Assembly (NCBI GenBank): GCA_003344405.1
Contig: NOWV01000253.1
Location: 1-64,000, forward strand
Origin: Trichoplax sp. H2
Lineage: Eukaryota
Length of the DNA: 64,000 nt
Reading direction: 5' to 3'
Shown here in pieces: positions 1 through 12,200 of the stretch. The notes beneath the pieces were generated by a model that ran no database searches, had not been told where the DNA came from, and saw nothing but the letters and a program-made list of their open reading frames with translations. Position 1 is the first letter of the stretch. Each line of letters starts with the position of its first letter. The translations under genes and the position numbers were made by a program.

Positions 1-348
1 GAGAGGAACCGCAGATTCAGACAATTGGTATTTGCACTTGGTTGAAAAGCCAATGGTGCGAGGCTACCATCTGTCGGATTATGACTGAACGCCTCTAAGT
101 CAGAATCCGTGCTAGGTACGACGATTTTTACTTCTAGCGACTGAAGATGAATAAGGATAGAGCTTCGGCTCCTGCGTCCCATTGTGCGGAAGAGGAGATA
201 AACCTCGGATGCCAACAATTTTAAATTTTGACGTTGCTAGAAATAAATCCTTTGCAGACGACTTAAATATAGAACGGGGTATTGTAAGTGGTAGAGTAGT
301 CTTGTTACTACGATCCACTGAGATTAAGCCCTTGTTCTCGCGATTTGT
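1..348 (+). rRNA. 28S (LSU) rRNA, 3' terminal fragment
   Basis: Starts in the sarcin-ricin loop (GAGAGGAACCG) and contains conserved eukaryotic LSU motifs GGATTATGACTGAACGCCTCTAAGTCAGAATCC and GATCCACTGAGATTAAGCCC...GATTTGT, followed by a T-rich tract. Confidence 0.96.
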
Positions 349-365
349 TTCTTTTTGCAAGTGTA

Positions 366-1815
366 GAATGTTCCACATAGACTATAAACTTTGACATTTT
401 CATATCGTTTCAAAGTAGCGATGTTCCACATAGTTTATAGTTAGTCTGTTCCATATGGTTTGTTAGTAACAATGTTCCACATAGTTTATAGTTAAGCTGT
501 TGCATATCGTTTGTTAGTAGCGATGTTCCACATAGTTTATAGTTAGGCTGTTCCATATAGTTTATAGTTAGGCTGTTCCATATCGTTTGTTAGTAACGAT
601 GTTCCACATAGTTTATGGTTAAGCTGTTTCATATCGTTTGTTAGTGACGATGTTCCACATAGTTTATAGTTAATCTAAGTAACGATGTTCCACATAGTTT
701 ATAGTTAGGCTGTTCCATATCGTTTTTTTAGTAACGATGTTCCACATAGTTTATAGTTAGGCTGTTTCAAAGTAGCGATGTTCCACATAGTTTATAGTTA
801 GTCTGTTTCAAAGTAGCGATGTTCCACATAGTTTATAGTTAGTCTGTTTCATATCGTTTGTTAGTAACGATGTTCCACATAGTTTATAGTTAATCTATTT
901 TATATCGTTTCTTAGTAACGATGTTCCACATAGTTTATAGTTAACCTATTCCATATCGTTTCAAAGTAGCGATGTTCCACATAGTTTATAGTTAGTCTGT
1001 TTCAAAGTAGCGATGTTCCACATAGTTTATAGTTAGTCTGTTTCAAAGTAGCGATGTTCCACATAGTTTATAGTTAGTCTGTTTCAAAGTAGCGATGTTC
1101 CACATAGTTTATAGTTAGTCTGTTTCAAAGTAGCGATGTTCCACATAGTTTATAGTTAGTCTGTTTCAAAGTAGCGATGTTCCACATAGTTTATAGTTAG
1201 TCTGTTTCAAAGTAGCGATGTTCCACATAGTTTATAGTTAGTCTGTTCCATATCGTTTGTTAGTAACGATGTTCCACATAGTTTATAGTTAAGCTGTTCC
1301 ATATCGTTTGTTAGTAGCGATGTTCCACATAGTTTATAGTTAAGCTGTTTCATATCGTTTGTTAGTAACGATGTTCCACAAAGTTTATAGTTAAGCTGTT
1401 TCATATCGTTTGTTAGTAACGATGTTCCACATAGTTTATAGTTAGGCTGTTCCATATCGTTTGTTAGTAACGATGTTCCACATAGTTTATAGTTAGGCTG
1501 TTCCATATCGTTTTTTTAGTAACGATGTTCCACATAGTTTATAGTTAGGCTGTTCCATATCGTTTGTTAGTAACGATGTTCCACATAGTTTATAGTTAAT
1601 CTATTTTATATCGTTTCTTAGTAACGATGTTCCACATAGTTTATAGTTAACCTATTCCATATGGTTTGTTAGTAATGATGTTCCACATAGTTTATAGTTT
1701 GGATATTCCATACAGTATTTATGTTCCACATAGTTTATAGGTTTTATATTTCATATAGTTTACAGTATTTATATTCCACATAGCTCATAGTTACAATGTT
1801 CCACATAGTTTCTCG
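366..1815. repeat. rDNA spacer subrepeat array 1 (51-bp unit and 41-bp variant)
   Basis: Tandem ATGTTCCACATAGTTTATAGTTAGGCTGTTCCATATCGTTTGTTAGTAACG (51 bp). A 41-bp variant ending ...AGTCTGTTTCAAAGTAGCG runs in tandem at about 970-1220. Degenerates at the distal edge. Confidence 0.95.
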
Positions 1816-2369
1816 TAGCTATGTTCCACTTACTGTAGGTTATCGTTTTATGTTCTAATTAGTTGTTGGTTTTATATTACGCATCGTTTGATTTACAGTA
1901 TAGTTTCAATGTTCCACATAGCTTATAGTCTAAATATTCCCCATAGTTTAGGGTTTATATTTCGCACTCTTTAGTTTACAGTATAGTTTTAATGTCTGTA
2001 ATACTACTTCCCTATATTAACTACAATCAACTCACAAGAATGAGTAAGACTCCGTTTATATAAAAAGTTTTATTACGATGTTAAAATACAGGCATTAGAA
2101 ACTACAGATATAATATCAAAAGAATATCTACTATGACTTCTCCAAGCTAACCTATGAATGAATCTATATAGCTCTACAATTATATTAGCTTCTTTATATG
2201 TCTATCTTTGATGTAAATATTTACATCAAAACTATATCACAATTTTCCCTATACAAAATAGTATATCGTAACGGCTACAGTATAGAAGCCCTTTAACATG
2301 ATCTGCTTCTTGTTTATATCGCCTCGAACCTTGTACCTCAGCTCCTCGACCAATAGTCAATCTTCTAGG
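1713..2369. repeat. Duplicated spacer block, copy A
   Basis: Collinear with 3583-4222: shared AAGAATGAGTAAGACTCCG, TATCACAATTTTCC, ATCGCCTCGAACCTTGT, CAGCTCCTCGACCAATAGTCAATCTTCTAG. Confidence 0.9.
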
Positions 2370-2409
2370 GCTTCCACCTGCACTTTTCGCCAAGAGGTCC
2401 ATTAACGAC

Positions 2410-3470
2410 GTTAGTAACGATGTTCCACATAGTTTATAGATAGGCAATTCCATATCGTTTCTTAGTAGCAATGTTCATAACGTTTCTAAGTAACAATGTT
2501 CCACTTAGTTTATAGTTAATGTTCCACATAGTTTATAGTTAATCTATTCCATATCGTTTGTTAGTAACGATGTTCCACATAGTTTATAGTTAACCTATTC
2601 CATATGGTTTCATAGTAGCGATGTTCCACATAGTTTATAGTTTAGATATTCCATATGGTTTGTTAGTAACGATGTTCCACATAGTTTATAGTTAACCTAT
2701 TCCATATCGTTTGTTAGTAACGATGTTCCACATAGTTTATAGTTAACCCGTACTATATCGTTTGTTAGTAAGGATGTTCCACATAGCTTATAGTTAACCT
2801 ATTCCATATCGTTTGTTAGTAACGATGTTCCACATAGTTTATAGTTAACCTGTTCTATATCGTTTGTTAGTAAGGATGTTCCACATAGCTTATAGTTAAC
2901 CTATTCCATATCGTTTGTTAGTAACGATGTTCCACATAGTTTATAGTTAACCCGTTCTATATCGTTTGTTAGTAAGGATGTTCCACATAGCTTATAGTTA
3001 ACCTATTCCATATCGTTTTTTAGTAACGATGTTCCACATAGTTTATAGTTAACCCGTTCCATATCGTTTGTTAGTAAGGATGTTCCACATAGTTTATAGT
3101 TAACCTATTCCATATCGTTTCTTAGAAATGATGTTCCACATAGTTTATACTTTAGATATTCCATATCGTTTGTTAGTAGCGATGTTCCACATAGTTTATA
3201 GTCAGGCTATTCCATGTCGTTTGTTAGTAACAATGTTCCACATAGTTTATAGTTCGAATAATCCATATCGTTTGTTAGTAACGATGTTCCACATAGTTTA
3301 TAGTTTGGATACTCTATATCGTTTGTTAGTAGCGATGTTCCACATAATTTATAGTTTGGATATTCCAAATCGTTTCTTCGTTACGATGTTCCACATAATT
3401 TATAGTTTGGATATTCCATATCGTTTTTTAGTAACGATGTTCCACATAGTTTATAGTTTTTACATTCCAT
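2410..3470. repeat. rDNA spacer subrepeat array 2 (51-bp unit)
   Basis: Same unit as array 1 with diagnostic variants (GTTAACCTATTCC, GTAAGGATG, TTTGGATATTCC); two variants alternate at about 2700-3100. Confidence 0.95.
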
Positions 3471-3582
3471 GTACTTATTTACCGGATTATCACTATATTA
3501 TTACAACTATATCACGTATCCTTTCATATTGTTATAGATTGCAACCGCTAATTACGGTGATTTACAAGACTATACTTATTTT

Positions 3583-4222
3583 ACAGTATTTATGTTCCAC
3601 ATAGTTTATCGTAACGATGTTCCACTTACTGTAGCTTATCGTTTTTTATGTTCTAATTAGTTGGTTTTACATTACGCATTGTTTAGTTTACAGAATAGTT
3701 TTAATGTTCCACATAGCTTATAGTCTTCATGTTCCCCATAGTTTAGGGTTTATATTTCGCTCTCTTTAGTTTACAGTATAGTTTTAATGTCACACATAGT
3801 TTATCGTGTTTATTGTCTACACAGGTTATCGTTTTTATGTATCACATACTGTAGTTGATGGTTTTATATTCCGTATGCATTAGTTTACGGTGTAGTTTCA
3901 ATTTTCCACTGTAATACTACTTTCCTATATTAACTACAATCGACTCAAAGAATGAGTAAGACTCCGCTTATATAAATATCAAAAGAATATCCACTACGAC
4001 TTCTCCGAGCTAACTTATGAATCTAGCTCTATAATTATATTAGCCTCCTTATATATCTATCTTTGATGTAAATATTTACATCAAAACACTATCACAATTT
4101 TCCTATACAAAATAGTATATCGTAACGGCTGCAGTATAGGAGTCCTTTAACATGATCTGCGTCTTGTTTATATCGCCTCGAACCTTGTTCCTCAGCTCCT
4201 CGACCAATAGTCAATCTTCTAG
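3583..4222. repeat. Duplicated spacer block, copy B
   Basis: Homologous to 1713-2369 with indels; homology ends at CAATCTTCTAG (4222), followed by unique sequence. Confidence 0.9.
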
Positions 4223-6228
4223 AAACAATTTAATATTACACCGTTACAGTTACATGAAATTTATTAATTGGGACTTATATCCGTTCCAAAAATAAGAACA
4301 AGAGTTAATCATTTCATTACACTATGTTAATATTGAAGCGTTACACTGTATATCGTTATATTCAACATGGTTTAAATTAAATTAATTATTGACCATACAG
4401 CAGTTTCACATAATTTTCGAATATTTGTACCATTTTCTGTATGATATTTATTCTTCATGGAGAGCATACTACAATAACTGTTGCTGGGTTGCGGATACTA
4501 GCAAAAGATCAGGTAGAGCTTGGTAATGACATATCAATTTCTATTTTATTTACTGCATCCGGTAAAACATAACCAACATTGCCTTGAGAAGGATTTCTTT
4601 CTCTTTCATGGATCCTGGTTTGACAATAAAATATTAAAAAATCGCTAGCTCGAGTATAGAGTATTATGCTGTAAATTTTAATACACTATAGGCTCTAGCT
4701 CTTACATGTATGGTTTCTTTAAACTTGTAAGAGGTAAAGATTGCAAATATTGTAAAGTACATTACCGTCAGGGTATTCACAAGCTGACTGATTTAAAATG
4801 TAACAATCACTAAAATCTTCTTGGATCAGACAACTCTCGTCCCTATCTAGTACAAGATCAACTTTTATTGCTATACTGACATTCAGTAGACTAGTGCAAT
4901 CTTTTAGTGTCTATGATGATATAAAGAAGCAGCGAGAATATTCTTTAATTTGTGTTTATGACCTACGCACAACATTTGACATGTTTAAGAAGGAAGCAGA
5001 TTGCGAGAATAGAGATTTAATCTCAGGGGATGATAGTTAAATACACCTTCAAAATTAAAGTCATTTACAAGGATTTATTTCTAGCTAAATTAACCAGTAG
5101 CTACTTGGAATGCCAAAATATGTTGTACTATGTGAAATACCTTGATAAGCTATTTAGAGAGCAACATATGTTATATGAAAATACAAGACTCATAGCGTAC
5201 GAAGTACAGTCATGGACCACTAGAAGAAAACCTGGAGGTGAAGCGCTCTTGGACAGGCGGATATTTCAATCATATATCGTCAAAAAATCTTCCAAAACAC
5301 TTCCATTCGTCATTACTTCAGTATGCAGAGATGCTCGATTCTGTATTTACAGTTAACTTATTTTTTCTACATTAATATCATTGAATCTTTATCTTTTACA
5401 GAGATCTGCTTGAAAGTAGTTGTTTGAAGATCATAAAATGCTTTTAATATTAATAGTAGTGAATAAGAAAATAGGCACAGAAGATCCATAGCAAGTAAGT
5501 ATTTTTCGACATTTTGGCCTCTTATTATAAAGAAAAGTCCGTCCATTTGAATAGCGATTCACGTCCTAGGTTTCTTCCAGTGCTCGATGGTACAGTACAC
5601 TAATATGTTCCTCATAGTACTGTATATGGTCATTGGGTTGGTATGTTCCACATAGTTTGTCGTTCTACTACAGTACTGTATTTTACATTATTATTGGTAT
5701 AAAATTCTATCAATGATAGTTTGTGCTAATGATACCTAGCATCTTTACCATACTCCAGTGGCTTATTTTCAAAGTATTAGATTTACTGTAGTTTTGCCAA
5801 ATAAATTTTTACATACTACATTGCAAATAGATGTATTGTATATCCTGTTACAAGCTTACTAAATCTATTGCAATGTATCCATGTGCTGCTCTAAATGTAA
5901 TACTGGATATCGAAAGCTCGTTGTGATATTAGCAGTCCCGGTATGACTGTATCTTCCAGTGTACCTTACTGTAACGTTCAGTATGGCCCGTGCTCAAGAA
6001 GCTTTGCCTAGTGTAGTACTGTACACGCTGGCATGACTACATACATAAACGTGTAAAACAGACGTCTTAAAAAGTCTTAACGCTGCACTATAAACGCTAT
6101 TCAAGCTTACGACATCTGTTTTACACAGTTGCTTACAGTATAGTGAAGACCACAAACTAGTGTCAGTGAAACATCATGACCTCTTATTAAGCGACCCAGA
6201 CGCCAGACAAGCATTACTCATCGCCATT

Positions 6229-9200
6229 ATGAGTTCTTATAGTAGAAACTTTAATAGCGTCCTGGTCAAATACTTAACAAATCATGGATTGAACTTAAAT
6301 AACGTGATTGTAGACCTTATAGGTCATCATCATCAGTTATTGCTATCAGTTGATTTGATCGATAGCAGTAACAGTTGCTGCAATCAATGGATGGAGCTGA
6401 TAGAAGTTTTGCAAGCTATCATACCTGTAGTTGAAGACCAACAGCTACTTGAAGATATAGTCAAGGATATTTGTCTGGTATTACTTCGTAAGCTACAACG
6501 GAAACAAAATACTCAAGATCGTAACAATATCGGAATAAGACTACATCATAACACTGCTGCATTGTTAATCGGATGTTGCTGGCATCCGAAAAGCAACAAA
6601 TCTCTGTCTAATAAATTATTGCAACATCTCGTAGAATCTCTTCGTAATTACATCAGTGAAATACTGGGTAAAAATATAGATGAAAAATGGAAAGGTGTTG
6701 AAGTTATGACCGCTATTGAGCTAATTAACTTCATATTAAATTGGAAAGGAGATGAAGAAAGCGCCATTAGACAAACGGTTGAGGATTGGAATGACAAAAT
6801 TGTAGCTTGTATAATTGAAAGTTTACAATGCGCTGATAATGATATATCGGAGAAATCAGTATTTGAAATATTACCAAAACTGTGTAAGTTAGAGCCAGAG
6901 AATTCCACGACATTAGACAAAATCTGGATAAAAATTAAACAGCTTCATCAATCTGAAATGAACAGCCAAAACGAGATGAAAGAAAGCACAGCTCTACTGT
7001 TAATTTGTTCCTTAGCTGATTATTACCTGACCAGCAAGCTAGAAACTACTAAGCTCTCCGGTGATGAATTCTGGCAAATATTACAGATAGGGCTTGTCCA
7101 CCTTAACTCATTGACCAGGAAACGAGCTATTTATCTATTGAGATATGCTCTTGATACCATACAGCAAGAAAACATAAGTATCAACCTCAATAAAAGTGGT
7201 ATGTATTACACGTTATTTATACAGCCTTATACAGCATACTGTGATTTAAAGCCACTGAAATGTAGCTATCAAAAAAATATTTCTTCTATAAAATCTGATG
7301 GATATAATCTTGCGATTACTAAATGCGTTGCCATTGAGGTCATACTGTATTTACAAGCACGGCGTGTAAAGTTCAGATTCTAGGCAGATTAATATTGGTC
7401 AACTATGACTTAAGTATAGTAGATAAAATACTTTTACTCCATCAGTGTAAAAATTTCTTTTGTCGCTGTTATTTGATCAGTCATAAAGGCATAGGAGATT
7501 ATCACTTACGTTGTGTGTGACCTGTTACCGCAAAGAGTGAGATAAAATTACATCATACTAACAAATATATTAAGCTGCTTCTTTATATATTTTGCGCATA
7601 ATACCTTAAAGATAGGGTTAGGGTAATCATTTAACTGTTTGCAGTATTACTTTTAGATGATCTTGTGAGATTGTGCTGTAAGTCAATTAATTAAAAAATA
7701 AGATCGCAGAGTTGTAAAAGATGATTCATCTCTGAAAATAAATTGTTATTAGTCCAGCAATCGAGGTGCACTGCAGCATGAATTCAATGAAGTCTTATAC
7801 AATCACTATTGCGGAATTAAATTGTTTTAAAATTTCTTTACATCAATAATCTAGGCTGTCTATTTAAATGGGATTCTAATCAAAAGGAACAAACCGCGTC
7901 AATTTGGGAAAGTTATCATTTAATTATGCAGACACTAGAGGAAACACAGGTGAAAATCTTATCGAATTTACACATTAAATTTCATTAAAAATAACTGCAT
8001 CGCATCATGATAGAAGATGACACTTAGTAAAATATGACTAACATTTTGTCCATCTTTAAGATTCATATTATAAAGCCAGTTCTTTTCCGTATCGAGGACA
8101 TTATAGCAGCAACAACTAAAGACGGCGAAGGTATCATGTGCAATGTCTTTGGAAGCAGTTTTCATAAACGTTAAAATTAAACAGAAGCAGATTATTGAAA
8201 GTTGGGTTTAGTAACCGAATTAACATTATATAAGTAATCATCTTTGCCAGCTAATCAACGATGATTTGATTACCACGACATCTTTCTATCAACTTTGAGC
8301 AAAATTAATTGCTGAAATGATCATATTTAAAAAATAGGTCGTGGGCTGGTAGATATATCCTGGCTAACTATAATTTATAAGAGAATATTTTTTCACGAAA
8401 ATAAGTTTCTTATTAAATGGGCAATACTATCCTACTTAACGAGTACAACTCATGATAATGATGGAAAGGAAGTAATTCATATGGCTAAATATTTCACACC
8501 AAAAGTATAAGCATAAAATTCTTAACTGTTACACATATTATGAACTATGGCTACCGTTTGACATTGTATGCATAAAATGATGTACCATTTGTTTGCTTAT
8601 CAATTTAGTTTTTCTTCACTGATGTCTTCAGAGCCCTAAATAACTCCGCTTGCTATTCAAGGTTTGTTTTCATAAGATAATAATTGCCCTAGCTTTGCGA
8701 ACTTAACATATTGAAAATTTAAATTTGTAACAAATTCGTATTTTTCATTTCCTAAAGTATTGCTATTGTCTTTAATTTGGTAGCTTTTATTAAATTAATG
8801 TGCCCGATTTATAACTGTCATTCTCGTAGAGATACTGAATTTTCACGAGATCAGCCGTCATCCATTGCTACAGCTCTTACTACCTTTCTGACATCTCATT
8901 TTAATCTAGTGAGAGAAGCTAGTACTAAAGGTAAACCTGTCTATAGATTTGCTGATAGCTATCAGAAGCTTAAGTCTGCTATGAGCTAAATTTACTACTA
9001 TTATTTCTTTTGCTTACTCAATGCCACTCAGTTCAATTTTTAAATCAATTATTGGAAGCCTTAGTCAAAGAACGCTTTGGACCTTATCCACTACTATATT
9101 TTTCATATGCATTATCAAAATTACAACCTTATCCAGCTTGGGAGAACAAAGCTTTGTTGAAAATTAAGTAATTACATGATAAAGCTATTAAGGACGAGAT

Positions 9201-12200
9201 ATGTTTATTCGCACTGATTATGATTAATCCAATAGATGTAGTAATGCTGACTTGGTTATTATTTCTAGTATGGTGCTATTTGATTGCATAGGAACCCATC
9301 CTACTCTAATAAAAGCAACTGTTCAATGCTTCATGCTTGAAGCTATGATGAAAATGATCAATCTGGTATGTTAAAGGCAATTTATCATACATTACTGATA
9401 TTTACTGCGTAAAGTGCAAGTATAGTACATGTAATGCATACGTTAATCAAATGATCTTGCATCAACTAGTGAAAAATCATTCATCATTAACTTTTTGATT
9501 TCAGAATTTTTATTCTTACCTCTCAGTTCATGCTCTTATAACAATTGATTGTATTGCACTATTCAAACTAGCCTATTTTTAATATTTGTTTACTAATTTT
9601 ATTTTATAATCAATGTGTTTATCTCTATTTCAAATTCCTTATTTGTTTGCAGCAAAATACATCGTTACTAGATATAGCTAATTGCCTTGTGGTGTTTCGT
9701 AAAGAGGAATGCTTTGTTAGAGGAAGATCTTTATGGCTTAAAGTAATTTCGAGATTAGCAAGTTACAATTCAGCATTGATAACAGATATTTAGTTCACTG
9801 TACAATAACTTATTATAAGTAAGCTAACTTTCATTTTTATAAGGTTTGCAATTGGTTAAATGCAGCCTCACCCGATACTTCTTGCCTTCCGAATTGCGTA
9901 TTAAAAGTGCTCATAAACAAAAGTGTAATGGTGGAGTTTTTAAGAACTTCTGTCGCTGATGTTATGGATAATCAAAACCCGGATATAAGTCCGCCCTCTA
10001 ATAATCTTCGGATTATTAGTATACCTGCCTTAGCTAGACTCCTAGTTTTAATAGGTGACTGCTATACTTCAGAATCAGAGAGTCAATTAAAAGAAGAAAG
10101 GAAAGATAAACTACCCACGTTACCCTGGCAAATTATTCTGGAACCTGCGATTTCAATAATTAACAGTTTAAAAAATAGCACCTACATATCGCAGGAAAAA
10201 ACACAAAATGCTATGATGCTAATATTTGCTATTTTATTGGAACTAAATCGTAAGTAATTCCATGCATAGGTTTTAAACTATCATTAGCCTTGACTTGAAA
10301 TATGATTTTTTACGTTTACAGTCGACGATGCTATTATCCAACAGCCACCGTATTGCATTGTGAATAAACAACTTCAATTAGTTTTTGCCCCTTTAATATC
10401 TATTCTGCTACAGTATGCTCGTTTACAATTACCTAATTCTGATGCTCAGGTATGTACCCTCATATTGCTGATATAACACATAAATTTCCTTACAGTATTA
10501 AGTTTGCAAGAAATATACGAATATATATATTTATAGTACGTATACTGCTCAGATACTTGTATTATTGATAACTTTATTAATTAATAATGTAATCCCGCCG
10601 TACTTTCGTATGCTCAGAGATTTTCATTAGTATAAAGCATTAAATTCGAAACGCAAAGTGTAAAGATAGAAGACTACTAATACACTATTTTATTAGCTTT
10701 TATACTTTAGATATTTTATTTTGCAGATTGCTGCCAGATTTAAAAGTAGTCGACTTTGTCTTAATGTCCTGGAAGAGTTAATGAAGCTTTTGTGGAAAGA
10801 AGACATCGCTAATGATGTCTTAGCTGATAGTGCAAATGCTATATTCGCTCTGACAGCATCATGTTTTAAGTCGCTTTCAAACACAGAAGCTATTGAGGTA
10901 TTATGTTTTGAAAACTCTGTTGACATTATAATTACAGTAATTCTTTATTTCTACGTAATTTATTTACTATTGTAGCAACACCATTATTGTTCACTTATTT
11001 GTGCCTGTATTTTTTTAAGCAAGGGCCATTAGACAACATCAATTCAGTTATGACAGCTGCATGGACTAGTAAAATCTTAACAGCAGGCTCTACATTAGAT
11101 TTCGCAAAAACTCCCCATTATCTGCAAATTATTACCTACATTAAAGAATACATTCCGAAGGTAATCGTTATAAGTGATTATCGCAAGAATTATGTTGATG
11201 TACATTCCCAGGCAGAAAAATCATTCAAAGGCTTAGTAACGGCTGAATATATAAGATGTCAATGGCAGTGTATAGCATTCTTGATTAGCTTGGCCAATAA
11301 TAAATCCAATAGTGATAGCACATCAGCGTCGACGATGTCGCTTATAGAAATATGTTGTAAATCTCCAGTGGGACTACTAAATGATGCTATTGATTCCTTG
11401 GATGTTGCTCCTATTAACACTGCTGATTCTATATTACAGTGTATCCAGCTATTGTTGCCAATGGTATATGATGACACTTTCATTTTTTGAATTAGCTTTA
11501 TTATTATAGCATTTGCAATGAACAGAATTTTAACGCTTGATGGATATTTACTTCTCATAAATAATTTTTTTATGTACTAACGACAGGCTTTCAATGAAGA
11601 TGAATCAGTCTGTCTACATGCAATTGACTGTCTATGGCAGCATGTCAATTACTGCAAGCAAAGTCATGATAACTTTTGGCCTGTATTGGCCTCATTTATT
11701 GCAACGATATTACAATCATACTTTATCCAGTGTATTAATTTAGATTCTATTCACGTGATGATTACGAAATATATCACGAAATTATTAGAAATGAGCAAGT
11801 CTCAACAAGGTGTATCGAACTATTTAGTTAGCCAGTTTAATTTGGTATGGACGGAGTTATTGTTGCAGCCAAATCAATTAAGTTCGTTACATAAAAATGC
11901 AGAAAATTTTGTCAAAACGGTTTTATTGTGGGCTTGTACTCATGGAAATAGCTATAGGAAAGATATTATGTACGTTGATTAATGCTTTTAGTAAGTGATT
12001 TTAATCGTTATCTGTTAATATAACTAAGTAATACTAATCTGATAGGCATCTGCAAGACTCGATATCATTCATAAGGAGCTTAGGACAAACATTTCCCGTT
12101 AATCAGTTATTTGCCGTGTGAGATGTCTATTTATCGCATTATCATAGAAATAGAAGATTTGATATACTGTAGAATTCAATCGATTTATATTTTAATGCTT

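Noticed and set aside
112..394. ORFs overlapping the window start
   Set aside because: They lie within the 28S rRNA sequence.
466..478. GTAACAATGTTCC in the spacer repeat fits the DSX/DMRT site consensus
   Set aside because: Most units carry GTAACGATG or GTAGCGATG instead, and the local DMRT lacks its recognition helix; no basis for a link.
366..3470. CRISPR-like appearance of the repeats
   Set aside because: Head-to-tail units with no unique spacers, eukaryotic context and no cas genes.
1207..3604. Repetitive ORFs 1207-1506 (-) and 3128-3604 (+) with 17-aa periodicity
   Set aside because: By-product of a 51-bp (3n) repeat unit lacking stops in one frame.
7614..7625. AGGGTTAGGGTA in TARBP1 intron 1 as a telomeric seed or telomerase RNA template
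   Set aside because: Under two repeat units, with no pseudoknot, CR4/5 or H/ACA features recognisable nearby.
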